From: Fimbriosthenelais zetlandica | Lineage: Eukaryota | DNA length: 64,000 nt | NCBI GenBank assembly: GCA_977030845.1 | Contig: OZ365116.1 | Span: forward strand, 22,878,001-22,942,000 | Reading direction: 5' to 3' | Shown: positions 1 to 19,855 of the stretch, piece after piece | Layout: the number at the start of each line of letters is the position of its first letter | How positions within the stretch are numbered: position 1 is the first letter of the stretch | The notes under the pieces: generated by a model | What the model was told of the DNA's origin: nothing | The model's input: only the letters and a program-made list of their open reading frames with translations | Database searches by the model: none | Made by a program: the position numbers and the translations under genes

Positions 1-158
1 TCATCTCATCTATGGCTGATCGAGAGCATCACTAAAATCAAAATCATAAAAAAATACAATATGACTGATTAAAATAGAATAAGGAGAATTTAAAGTGATT
101 TGAACTAAGCGCAACTGAAGCAGATCTGCTAAGCTTACCTTGGGTGACTTTTTGCTAG

Positions 159-324
159 TGTTCCAATCGTCCATTCGAGAGTTCCAATCATCAAATCAAG
201 TGTTCCAATCATCTAGTCAAGTGTACCAATCATCTAGTCAAGCGATCCTATCGTCCCGTCAAGCGTTCCAATCGTCCAGTCAAGTGTTCCAATCATCTAG
301 TCAAGCGATCCTATCGTCCAGTCA
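159..324. repeat. 21-bp degenerate tandem repeat, ~8 units (consensus TGTTCCAATCATCTAGTCAAG)
   Basis: Units start at 159, 180, 201, 222, 243, 264, 285 and 306. They abut directly with no spacers. The repeat produces the FQSSSQV pattern of ORF 140..337. Confidence 0.92.
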
Positions 325-1367
325 CATCTGTGGTTGATCGAGGTCCATATAGCAGATCACCAGAAACGTTCACCTCGTCAATCACTGAAAAGATACTCAA
401 CACACATTGGATTCACGAAATGATCTAAAATGTTCTAAAAGTCAATCAGAAGGTAAATTCCATTTGGTGCGAACAAACAATATGATAAAAGCTTGGGAAA
501 TTTCTTAACAGAATCTAACATACAAATACAAACAAACAAAAAGGAAGGCAACAGCGGTACTTGTACTCCAGGTTACTCTAGAAGCCTACATCAAGCTGCA
601 GAACAGCTACAGAACCTGGCAAATAGAAACCTAGGAACTGTCAATCCCTGACTCCTAATAACCCTTCCAAACTAAAGTAGAGTTCAAGAGTCTCCTGACG
701 CAGCAAGCCCAACTATCACCTCTGTTACAACAACCGAAAAAAATATGATTTAAATTTATCAGCCAGAATTTAACTAAAAAGAATCAATTTATACTTAAAC
801 AAGTAATCCTGGAAGAAGGGTAACGGTATCAGGAAGAGTCCATTTCCTGCGTCTTAAACAGCGAAGCAACATGGTGACATGTCAGAGACAGCCTGAAAAA
901 TAAATAAATTATTAAATGACATACAAAAAAGGCATCAAACCTTCATTATGAATGGAATGATTATATGAAAGTCTCACCGAGGATCAAGTTTCCTCCGTTC
1001 ACGGATGAGCCGACTTGTGTCATCTGAATTTAGTCTTCCAATCGTCCAGTCACATCTATGGTTGACAGAGGGTCGTATATGTACAGAAGATCACCAGAAA
1101 AGTCCTCATGATTCACTGCAAAGACACTCAACACAAATGAATTTCACAAAACGTTAAATCAGCGATTAAAATACCAATGAATAGAAGATAAATGCAGAAT
1201 TGCAATTAGTTTTGGAGAGAGAACAAAATATGATAGGCTATAATTATCTAGGTACTCTCAAGTGCAAACTCAGGTGCGTTTTAGATACTTCTATTAAATA
1301 ATGCTTAACCACATATAAGCAAGAGAAAGATTCACAATCTATTAAATAAGTTTTGATTCTAAATATA

Positions 1368-1489
1368 TCATTTCTTCATTTGGACTTTACATAAATGCTA
1401 TTGGTGAAGTGTTAGGATAGGTTAGTGAGTTAGAGAAGTGCAAATAGAACAGTTCTTAAAATGTATGTAAAGTCCAAATGAATAAATGA
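1368..1489. mobile_element. Small MITE-like foldback element (26-bp inverted repeats)
   Basis: 1368-1393 TCATTTCTTCATTTGGACTTTACATA is the reverse complement of 1464-1489 TATGTAAAGTCCAAATGAATAAATGA with 1 mismatch. The ~70-bp spacer contains GTTAG repeats. No clear target-site duplication. Confidence 0.5.
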
Positions 1490-3056
1490 AATACGAATAC
1501 AAGGTTACCCAATTTGTTTTAACCCAAGTAGCCTAGTATAGCTGCACCATTGTCTGCACACAGGAGTGTCTACATTTTGTTGGATACTGTACAATAGATA
1601 CAATTGCGGAGAATTTACTTTTACACAGGAAATGGAGATAGGGAATTAGCATTTATAGAAATTAACAAAGAAAGCGTCGCAATCTTGCTCGATGTATTTA
1701 GGGTAGCTTGTAGCACGGGCTCTATCATTGCTCTTCTACTCTTTCTTCTTGCTATCGTTCCAATCTTTGGTTGACGGAGGAATATTTAGACAGGAGATCA
1801 CCCGAAAAGTCTTCCAACGAATCACTGCAAAGACACTAAACACAATGAATTTCACGAAACGCTTAGTCAAGTATTAAAATTCATTAAAATTTGTTTTAAA
1901 TATAAAGAAAATGCCTCACCGAGGATCGAGTTTCGTCCATTCATAAACCAGCCGACGACTGTCATCTGAATTGACTCTACCAATCGTCCAGTCACATCTA
2001 TGGTTGACAGAGGGTCGTATATGTACAGAAGATCACCAGAAAAGTCCTCATGATTCACTGCAAAGACACTCAACACAAATGAATTTCACAAAACGTTAAA
2101 TCAACTATTAAAATACCAATGAATAAAAGTGAAAAGCAAAATTGCCATTAGTTTTGGAGAGAGAAAAACAATATGATAAGAGCTTGCGATTTTAGTTTGA
2201 ATCCTGGCCAGCGAAAGTTTGATGAATACTGATGATCCCACTGGATCCCAATTGTACAGAGTTTCTAAATGCAAATTCAATCACTAGATGACAAGAATTG
2301 AAGGGGTAATTTTCTTACAGGGATGATTACAAGCTCTTCCATGGGAATGTTCATATAGAGAACAAAATGCACAATAAATGATTCAAAGTACAATACGTGA
2401 AATCCAGGAAGATGTGGTGGACGAGGGACAACGTGTAGTTCCTGTCCCGACAACGAAAGCAGCATCTACTCAGAAGTCAGGGTAATGGAAACTCATCTAA
2501 AAGATCAAATCACTTCTCCAGATCAAAGTTAAAAGCACAACATTCATTGGTTCCTCATTTATATTCATTCCGGTATAATAATGTTAATCAAGGGAAATAG
2601 ATTCTATCTCTATAAAGTTATATCATTATATAATTATTAAAATTGTAATACAGAAGATTGAGAATTATTAAAAAATGAGACAAATTACAAAGTACAGTCA
2701 TCTAGTTACCTCTGGGAAAGGCAAACATTTATCATCAATATTTCTGAGAATCGATATACTTTACTTTCAATCAATGAAAGTCCAGGTAAAACCAGGATCT
2801 AAGTCGGAAATTTGGGAAACTTCTGATTATAATTCTACAGTGTAATATCTCAGAAAGGCAGATGACATAAGGTTTACCTCTCATACTTATCCGGTTTCTT
2901 GTTTCAATAAGATCGTCTCTCTGATGCTGTGGTTGACAAACATGGACTGCAAATCTGAAAATACAACTTAAAACCATGCTTAAAACCATGTATTTAAAAA
3001 AAAACAATGTATTACAAACAACAGGACTTGCACATCAAGTTACTCCAGGACCCGGA

Positions 3057-3163
3057 ATGGAGCTGGCGGACTCTGTGACTCTCATCGCCAAGGTTCCGTC
3101 ACCTCATCCGGCATGGAGCTGGCGGACTCTGTGACTCTCATCGCCAAGGGTCCGTCATCTCAT
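3057..3163. repeat. 56-bp direct tandem duplication
   Basis: ATGGAGCTGGCGGACTCTGTGACTCTCATCGCCAAGG...CCGTCA.CTCAT occurs at 3057 and 3113. Confidence 0.9.
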
Positions 3164-3451
3164 GCCTGACTACATATAAGGGGCTAGGGGCTAAACTAAG
3201 ATGCCGAGTTCAAGAGTCTCTTGATGCAACAAGACCTGTCATTATGAATGGAATGATTATAAATGGAATGATTATAAAAAAGTTATAGATTATTCAAAGT
3301 TAAAGATTATAATAAAATAGGCACAAATGAAGATTTGTATTATGTATGAGGTTTTAAGATATCGAGTCCATGTTGGTTCTCAGTATCTTGTGGTTTTTTC
3401 ACGAGTATAGGGGCTAATCTAGATGGAGGATGAATTATCTACACTAGCTCC

Positions 3452-3877
3452 CCGCTGAAAAAGAAGGGAAAGAAAACAAGCAAACAACAATATGGTTCCT
3501 CCCACCACCCCCTCCCCCTCCTGCCTATATAGGGTCAACCAAAGGCACCAGCAAGCAGGACCTAGCCTTACTACAAAAGATGCAATCTGTATTTGTATTT
3601 TTTGTATTTTAACTTTTGATATATTTTTCAGAATTTATAATGTAATATGTAAATTTGCATCTGAGTTAACCATTGGGACCCCAGTACGCCATTCCCCGTA
3701 CTAATATCAGGAGAAGATAGAAGTGTTAAACTAAGCTGCTGGTGCCATACCCCTCCACTATCATAGAGCCTGCCAGATAGACGATCCTTCCTATAGCAAA
3801 ACTAACAAACACAAACTTAAACCAATATTACTATTCAACCGCTGAAAAAGAAGGGAAAGAAAACAAGCAAACAACAA
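3452..3877 (-). repeat. 39-bp exact direct repeat (3452-3490 and 3839-3877) that reads as a strong 3' splice acceptor on the minus strand
   Basis: CCGCTGAAAAAGAAGGGAAAGAAAACAAGCAAACAACAA occurs twice. Its reverse complement is TTGTTGTTTGCTTGTTTTCTTTCCCTTCTTTTTCAG|CGG. Confidence 0.8.
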
Positions 3878-4144
3878 AACAAATACCAAAACAGGCACAG
3901 ATAGGCAGGCTCCCCCTAAACAAGTTGTAGTTCTACTCACTGACATCCATACTGCATGCATTAGAGTATGGAGTTGTTTTGACGTCATCTATTCACAATT
4001 TGTGAATTCACGCATTCCATAATTTGCACAACACAGCACTTTTTTTCACAAATTTTGACACATTTCACACATTTTTGCACATCCTTTTTGGCACATCCTT
4101 TTTGGCACATCCTTTTGACACACTTTCCAGGACACATTCTCCGA

Positions 4145-4990
4145 GGGCGGTGGAGGGTGGGTGCGGGGTGAGGGCTCTCATAAGTTGTAATAATTGGAGC
4201 AGTAATTTATAATTGGCTGCCGAAGTAACAACCCACGGTTTGCACATAATTGACAGCCCTGGGAATCATACCTGGCAATTGATTTGAAGAAATGAACTTC
4301 TAATTCACAACGGGGGGGGGGGGGGGGGGGGGGGGGGTTGGCGGGGGCGGGGGCGGTGGAGGGTGGGTGCGGGGTGAGGGCTCTCATAAGTTGTAATAAT
4401 TGGCAGCAGTAATTTATAATTGGCTGCCGAAGTAACAACCCACGGTTTGCACATAATTGACAGCCCTGGGAATCATATCTGGCAATTAATTTGAAGAAAT
4501 GAACTTCTAATTCACAACAGGGGGGGGGGGGGGGGGTGGCGGGGGCGGGGGCGGGGGCGGGGGCGGTGGAGGGTGGGTGCGGGGTGAGGGCTCTCATAAG
4601 TTGTAATAATTGGCAGCAGTAATTTATAATTGGCTGCCGAAGTAACAACCCACGGTTTGCACATAATTGACAGCCCTGGGAATCATATCTGGCAATTAAT
4701 TTGAAGAAATGAACTTCTAATTCACAACAGGGGGGGGGGGGGGGGGGGGTGGCGGGGGCGGGGGCGGTGGAGGGTGGGTGCGGGGTGAGGGCTCTCATAA
4801 GTTGTAATAATTGGCAGCAGTAATTTATAATTGGCTGCCGAAGTAACAACCCACGGTTTGCACATAATTGACAGCCCTGGGAATCATATCTGGCAATTAA
4901 TTTGAAGAAATGAACTTCTAATTCACAGCGGGGGGGGGGGGGGGGGGGGGGGGGTGGCGGGGGCGGGAGGGTGGGGGGTGGGTGCGGGGT
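4145..4990. repeat. G-run minisatellite: 4 units of ~201-210 bp, each an AT-rich hairpin-forming core plus a poly-G/GGGGC tract
   Basis: A near-identical core GCTCTCATAAGTTGTAATAATTGGCAGCAG...CTTCTAATTCACA recurs 4 times. G-runs of 26, 17, 20 and 25 nt start at 4312, 4520, 4730 and 4930. Confidence 0.95.
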
Positions 4991-7118
4991 CTAGGGGGTC
5001 ATAGTCGGAGGTTGAAGACGTCCAGCAATCAGCAATCAGCGACAGGTCCATCAATCGGGGGTGACAACAGCCTCGGCAGAACGGGAGTTGGCATTGGTGA
5101 AACGGGCCCGATTATTGGCAGAACCGGTCCCCATCATTGGCAGTACAGCCCAGTAACTGGCGAAACTGGCCTCGGTACAACTGTTACTGTTGCTGTCAGT
5201 GTCAGCATTGGTTTGACCTTGAAAAATTAGTTGAACACTCTGCAAAACAAAAAAGGCGAATTAGAAGAAATAAAAATTACAGATCTAGTAGAACCTGCCT
5301 CGACTCCCTTCAGACCCACGTTACAACCATTCCCCTGAGCTAAGACAGAGTTTTGTATAAAAAAAATAAGATAAAAAAATTGTCATTAAAAAAGAATAAA
5401 ATAAAGATAAAAATAAAAATGATTAAAAAATAATAAAAATATAGTTAAAAATATTAAAGATTTTAGAATACATAAAAAATTAAAAAATGTATAAAAAAAA
5501 ATTAGAATAATATGCCTAGATTTATTAAGATAAATAAAAAAAAGGGGAAATGAAAAAAAAAACGGAGGCAAATCAGCAAAGAAAAGAGAAAGGAATTCTA
5601 TTATAGAATACAAAAAGGAGAAATGAAAACAAGAAAAGAACTTGTCTAGGATGTGTCATCAAACGTGCTGTGATAAATGTAGAATATTTAGATTTGTGTT
5701 TATCCTGCAACTAATCCGGCAGGAAAGAATAGAAAGTAAATTGATTGCAAATTTTCTTTTTTCATATGAATATATTATAGCACGTTTTCAAACAAAATCA
5801 AGGAGAAAGGGTCAAGCTAGGAGGACTTAATAAATGAGAAATAGTCATGATTGATGAAAATAATCCATGATCCTATTAAAATAACTAACGCATTTCAACC
5901 ATTACAGAATAACCTTATTTAAAAACAAAATAAAACAAGGACAAAAGTTCTAAACCCCAGTAAATATATGTAATGAATTTTTACATGTAATTGGTCTAAG
6001 GAATTTGAAACAGTAACCTATAGCTGGATGTAGCAACAAAATGGTTTCCATTCTGAGTCTGAGTTGTTTGTTAATATTTGTTATCCAAAACCTAGAGTAG
6101 GCCTAAAACTACGCAATTAAACCAGAAATTCCAAATGAATAAGAATGGTTTTTGTTTCAATGTTTCAAAGCAAACAGAATTCGGAAGGCCTAAAAAAAGG
6201 AAATAGAAGTGATTGATAGGATACTAAATGGAAAACTGCCAGTGTACTGTTTCAAACGTTTTGCTAGATCTACCTCAAAAAATACACCTATCCTATTAAA
6301 TATTCTAAACAACACAAATAATTCTCTTCGGTCAATAATATTCCATATAGGGCTATGTATTCCATATATCCTTGGTATGTCCTCCGTATTTGACAAACAT
6401 AGAAAATACAATACAAGACAAAACAATATACATGTAGCCTACCTTTTTGTCTAGTGTTCAACTGGCGCGAAATATGAACTGACCCTCTATATATAACCTT
6501 ATGGTGGCATCCATGGAAACGCATCCAGGGGGAGGGTGAACATCCGGGACTTGCCACAGGCGCGTTCAAAACATCGGCGGAACTAGCTAACGCACCGTTC
6601 AACATGCTAACGTTCTCTGACGCTTCATAACGTTTTCCATCTTGAACGGATTTCTTTGTAACGTTTTCCTTGAAAGCGCTTTCCGCAAACAGGACGTTCA
6701 ATTTTCAGAGAACGTTGTCGCTTGTGACGTTAGCGAGCGCTTTGGGTTTTTGAACGCGCCTCAGATGGCGGAAATACTCGATATTGTTTTTTATTATTGT
6801 GATCTTTATTTTTGTAATTTTGTGTATATCTATCGTCGACGCTCCATACCATTGTATGTGGTCAAAGCAAATGAAAAAACTTGAAACTTGAAAACTTGGT
6901 TGAGGGCGTTAACTGCCTTCCGGTATAGGAGTGGTGGCGCCGCCGCTGACCAGGCGGTGAATAGCTGAAGCTGGCCGTTATAACGGCTACCACCGCTGCT
7001 GTGTTTTGCCATCGTTCACGTCACAAGCTAAATATAGAAAGGAAACACAAACAGCTCATCTCCTTGTGATCTTTTCATTTTCTTCTCCTTTCTTAGTTGT
7101 CAATACGTTAAGATCAAG

Positions 7119-9573
7119 ATGTTTAGTTCAGGACCGAAGTACCAGAAGATGCAAACCAACCTAAGGTTGGCCATCAACCGTCTGAAATTGCTGGAGAAGA
7201 AGAAAACAGAACTGGCAGTCAAAGCACGGAAGGAAATCTCGGAGTACTTGGCAAATGGGAAGGAAGACAGGGCTCGGATCCGAGTTGAACACATCATCAG
7301 AGAAGATTATCTGGTAGAGGCTATGGAACTTATAGAAATGTACTGTGATTTGTTGTTGGCAAGAATGGGTCTTATACAGACAACCAAGTAAGTATTCTGC
7401 ACTGACACTGACACTGACATTGTCTAATTAGACCCCACCCATTAATTAATTACCATTTACCATAATTACCAAAATCATGAAAATGTACCATTAGTATTTC
7501 CAAAATACCGGTGTAAATTATACCTTTTAATTTTCTGTACCTTTTAGTACTTGAGCAGCTCTTTTAACATAGTTAATATCAGACATAAATTTATAGTTCT
7601 AATTCTGACTTCTTAAACTTTCAAGATTTCATTTAATCACAATTAACTAAAATTACTATCAATTACAGGGAGCTGGATCCTGGACTGGAAGGCCCTATCG
7701 CCAGCATCATCTGGGCCACCCCACGCCTTCAGGCTGAAGTCGGAGAACTTAAAGTCATTTCTGAGCAGCTCACTGCTAAATATGGCAAGGAATTTGCTCA
7801 TGCTTGCTCCACTAACCAACTGGGCAATGTCAGTGAGAAAGTCATGGCTAAACTGGCAGTACAAGCTCCACCAAAAAGTCTCATAGAGAAATACTTAGAA
7901 GAGATAGCGAGGACCTACAATGTGCCGTTTGTTCCTGACGTGGATGCGATTGAAACGGATGAAATCCTGGCAGCAGAAGGCATGCTGATAGACTTTGACA
8001 CGAAGCGTGGAGGAGGTAGAGGTGGTGGTGGTGGGGGAGGGAGTAAGGAAGCAGCCCGCTCTCCAACACACATGCCCATGCCACAGTTTACTCCCTACCC
8101 ACCTCCCCAACAACAGGTGAATACATTAATTAATACGTCTAAAAATAAAAGGATATTCAGTTAGAAACAATTCAAATATCCCACCTCAGAGATTATTTCA
8201 CAGGAGGTCCCAACAGGTCTTTAAAATATTCCTTTAAAATTATGGCTAAAGCATCTTCTGAAATATATTAAAATTAGTTCCTCAATTATTTCCATTTTCT
8301 TATAAGAAATATGTGAGGAATTCCCCCTATAATTGTATCCATGTCTTGACAGACCCCCTCCGCCCCAGACTCAGAAAAGGTAAGGTTAGATAGGGTAGTT
8401 TATAGATGTGTCAGTGTTTGGTCTTTATGTGGTGTTGAATATTGGGTATTTGCTTCTTTTTTTTTTAAATCTTTTTTAAAAATCAAATTGTGTTATAGGG
8501 TGTGTCGTTTTCCTTGTGAAATATGGCAATGGTGAACTGATTTCTCAGCAATCATAAGTTTCTTAAGTCATGGATGATATGCATTTACAGTTTTGCTCCT
8601 TTTCAGTTTAAGTTTAAGTATCATTTAGCTCCTGATTGATTATTTTCATTGTTACATTATTCTTTCAATTTCCAGATGTATTACCCAGGTTATGGACAGG
8701 TATTCTATTGTCATCTTTTATGATTTTGTTGGCTGTGTGCGTTGTTTCTTTCGGGCAACTAACCTTTCTATCTAGAATTAATATTATTTAAGGCTATCAG
8801 TATGCCCCCAAAGGAACTTAATTATTTTTAAAACCAGTGATTTATGCTTTGCAATGTGTTAGGACAGAGAACGAAACCCGTAATGAATATTTTACATGAT
8901 GTCAGATGTCAGATCATGGATTATTTTTTGGGTGTAATAGTTGTTGTTCACCACCCTTTCTACCCTTGGCCTTGCATGAGCCTAGCCTAAACTTGTCTTT
9001 ATTTAATTGGCTTCCTCTCAGTTGAGATTTTGTCCTGTAGATTTGGATGTTTTCAGAGCCAGTTGTAAATGGATGTGCACATTAAGAATAACTTAAATGT
9101 AAAAAACAAAAACACACACAAAACGCTCAGTAAAATTTTCAGTCAATCCGACAAGCTGAAGTTCAACATTAAAAATCATGGAATTAATTTCCGCAGAACC
9201 GTATCAAATATTGTCCAGATTAATGAGTTCATTACCTATATGAATTATAATTTTGCCTCATATTTAAGTGTGTGTTTCTACTCTGTTCCAGCAGGCCTAT
9301 CCACCGTACTCCGGACCACCTGGACCCGTGGCCTATGACCCTCCTCAAGCCCCGCCACCACATCAGCTGTACCCGGGAGTCACCTCACAGCCACCTCAGG
9401 CTGGCAGGCGGCCTGCTAAATCTGATGTAGTGGTGGATAGTATGCCAGATCTACCTGACCTCCCTAACGTACCTAACAGCTCTGTAGCACCGGCTTCTAA
9501 TTCTGTAGGACAAGACTCGGTCAACTTTGATGATCTGACGAGAAGATTTGAGGAGTTGAAGAAGAGGAAATAG
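7119..9573 (+). CDS. IST1: IST1 homolog (ESCRT-III-associated factor); join(7119..7387,7669..8116,[8676..8699 candidate microexon],9292..9573)
   Basis: N-terminal LRLAINRLKLLEKKKTE...RARIRVEHIIREDYLVEAMELIEMYCDLLLAR, then IIWATPRLQAEVGEL, an MPMP motif, and the C-terminal MIM FDDLTRRFEELKKRK. Splice sites are canonical GT-AG and the phases are consistent. Confidence 0.96.
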
Positions 9574-11439
9574 ATGTACATAGAGCTGTTCCTTACTGTG
9601 ACCACTTGACAGCAAACATATTACATCTCATTGACATTGATATAGAAACAAAGATCAATCAATTTAGATCACTTATCAAAACTATTTGAACTCTATATAA
9701 AATTGATGCATATGAAATTTAGTAATATTTCTGACACCCACCTAAATTATGAAATAGAGATGTTAGAAGGGATACAATAACATTGGTGTTGCATATAAAA
9801 GTCCATTGCGCCAAAAAATGAGCTAAATATTTCGCATACTATATTCATCAAAGATGTGACTAATTTTCAAGTTTGAAGTTAAAATCATCCAAGAGTTAAT
9901 TTGTTATATTGTGTTAAGGCCTTAAAGATTGGATGATTATTTACAAGGCAGTGCCTTCTACATCGTCACTTGGCTGGCTTTTCTAGTGATGTGTTAGTGA
10001 ACCTCATTTTTTGTATATATAGATCTAAGATTCATGTCTTACTTTCTCACTACTTAAGTGTATAGACAACTTTTTATATTGTCTCTCTGTACCTCAACTT
10101 AGATGACTAAATGTCATTTCATTCTTCACTTTTTCCAGTAAAAACTCATTTCATTGTACATTCTGATGTGATAGTAATTAGCAGTCGATCCGCAAAAACA
10201 TTAACATGCTTATAATCCACCAAATATTCAATATTACTTGAATAATTCTTTTTTTGTATTTTCCTAAAACGCCATGCTATTTGCTTAAGATGTAGGCTCG
10301 ACTTTCGCTAATATTCATATTGTATGGAGTGATACCAATTATAACTTACTATAGTTGTGGCCCAAACATGCTGTTATAAAGATTTTAAAAGTCCAAATAA
10401 AATGTAAAGGCGAATGTGGTCTTTGAATTTATACTTTCTGCTCTGGAAATAGCCTGGTGAATCGACTTAAATTTCAATTTTGGAATCTTCAATTTCTCAA
10501 TTCTGGAAACCATAGCCCTACAGAAAAAGCAGAGGAATTTTTTAGGATTTTTCATTTAGATAAAATATTTATTACGAACTTTATGATACATTCATGGTCA
10601 TTTATGTTGGGTCTCCTCAGAAAAAACGTTATTCATGAGTAAATCTTCAAGCAAATTTAAATAAATATTTACAATCTATCAGAAATAGATCTCCACAGAA
10701 TGGAATGGTAAAATTAACACGGTGGTCCAATACATCGAGGGGAATCCCAAGGTGAGGTGAAAGATGGTATGTTTCTGAATAATAAACGCAGACACAACTA
10801 GGCTTATTACACACACACAAAATCTTAGCACTACTATTAACAATGAAAGACAACTACAGCTTAATAAATAAAATTAACAAAGGTTTGATTCATGAGCACA
10901 GTGGTTCAAACCAAGAACAAATGAGACTCCTACATAATTTAGTTCACAAAGCGAGACCAGCAGAATTGTCGGTGGATTCAAGAGCAGGTTTCCAATGCAT
11001 ACACCTTGGACAACAGTTCATATAACGTTTATCAATCGGAGCTGTACATGTTCATTTCCCATTATACTACACTAGAATAATATAGTACATTCCCAGAAGC
11101 AATGAAACACACATACCACAAGCCAATCTCTCTTGATTTTCAAGCTTGCAATGCTGGGTCCATTCATAATTTATTATCAGGTAAATTATTATGAAATAGG
11201 TCCCTCATATGGTGTTCCCTGTTATCACGCTTTCTCTGACACCAATATCTTTAAATACCTCAAATATTAAGCATTAGTGATGGATCATTTGATACATATT
11301 GTACACCAGGTGTTTGCTTTCAAGCTTTGTGTATATTTAGCGTCCATGCGAAAGGTAGACTGGTAGAATTTGAAGTTTCTCTTCCAGTCCATCATTTCGG
11401 GGCCTGGTGAGGGATCTCATTGGTAACATTGGGGTATAT

Positions 11440-13591
<2,152 letters not shown>

Positions 13592-13762
13592 TTTGGCTGT
13601 TTTCTGTGTGAATGATGAGAAGTTGGTTGAGTTGGTCGTTTTTAACAGATCCCCGTTGACAACCGAGTCTCGTTCAAGATCTCGTTACCGGGAGATCTCG
13701 CGCGAGATTGGGGAATCCCTTTTCGGAGGAAATCCCTAAATGACGTCACTTTCCCGCGCAAC
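13592..13762. promoter_or_regulatory. Bidirectional promoter between DYNLT1 and MSH2 (171 bp between the ATGs)
   Basis: Divergent start codons at 13591(-) and 13763(+). The region is CpG-rich and contains the palindrome ATCTCGCGCGAGAT 13695-13708, kB-like GGGGAATCCC 13710-13719, CRE TGACGTCA 13741-13748 and E2F-like TTTCCCGC 13750-13757. Confidence 0.8.

Positions 13763-19855
<6,093 letters not shown>

Larger units (their letters stand above)
139..2057 (-). repeat. Family of duplicated ~140-250 bp exon-like cassettes (139-384, 978-1115, ~1750-1824, 1920-2057)
   Basis: Copies 2 and 4 share a near-identical block, CCAATCGTCCAGTCACATCTATGGTTGACAGAGGGTCGTATATGTACAGAAGATCACCAGAAAAGTCCTCATGATTCACTGCAAAGACACTCAACACAAATGAATTTCACAAAACG. 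Copies 1 and 3 are diverged. On the minus strand each starts after (T/C)TTT(G/T)CAG, and three end at GTAAGC, GTGAGA or GTGAGG. Confidence 0.8.

Noticed and set aside
159-324. CRISPR-like array
   Set aside because: The units abut with no unique spacers, there are no cas genes, and the context is an intron-rich animal genome.
2229-2260. Hammerhead ribozyme core (CTGATGA followed by a short stem)
   Set aside because: There is no GAAA after stem II and the other helices cannot be formed.
4982-5230. Small Gly/Thr-rich ORF with a hydrophobic C-terminus (GRTG/GETG repeats)
   Set aside because: It has a GTG start inside the G-rich satellite, no splice or promoter support, and no recognisable family.
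6288-6701. 137-aa minus-strand ORF near the IST1 promoter
   Set aside because: It has a TTG start, runs through a likely donor at 6443 into AT-rich intron-like DNA, and has no recognisable motif. It is kept only as a possible first exon of the candidate transcript.
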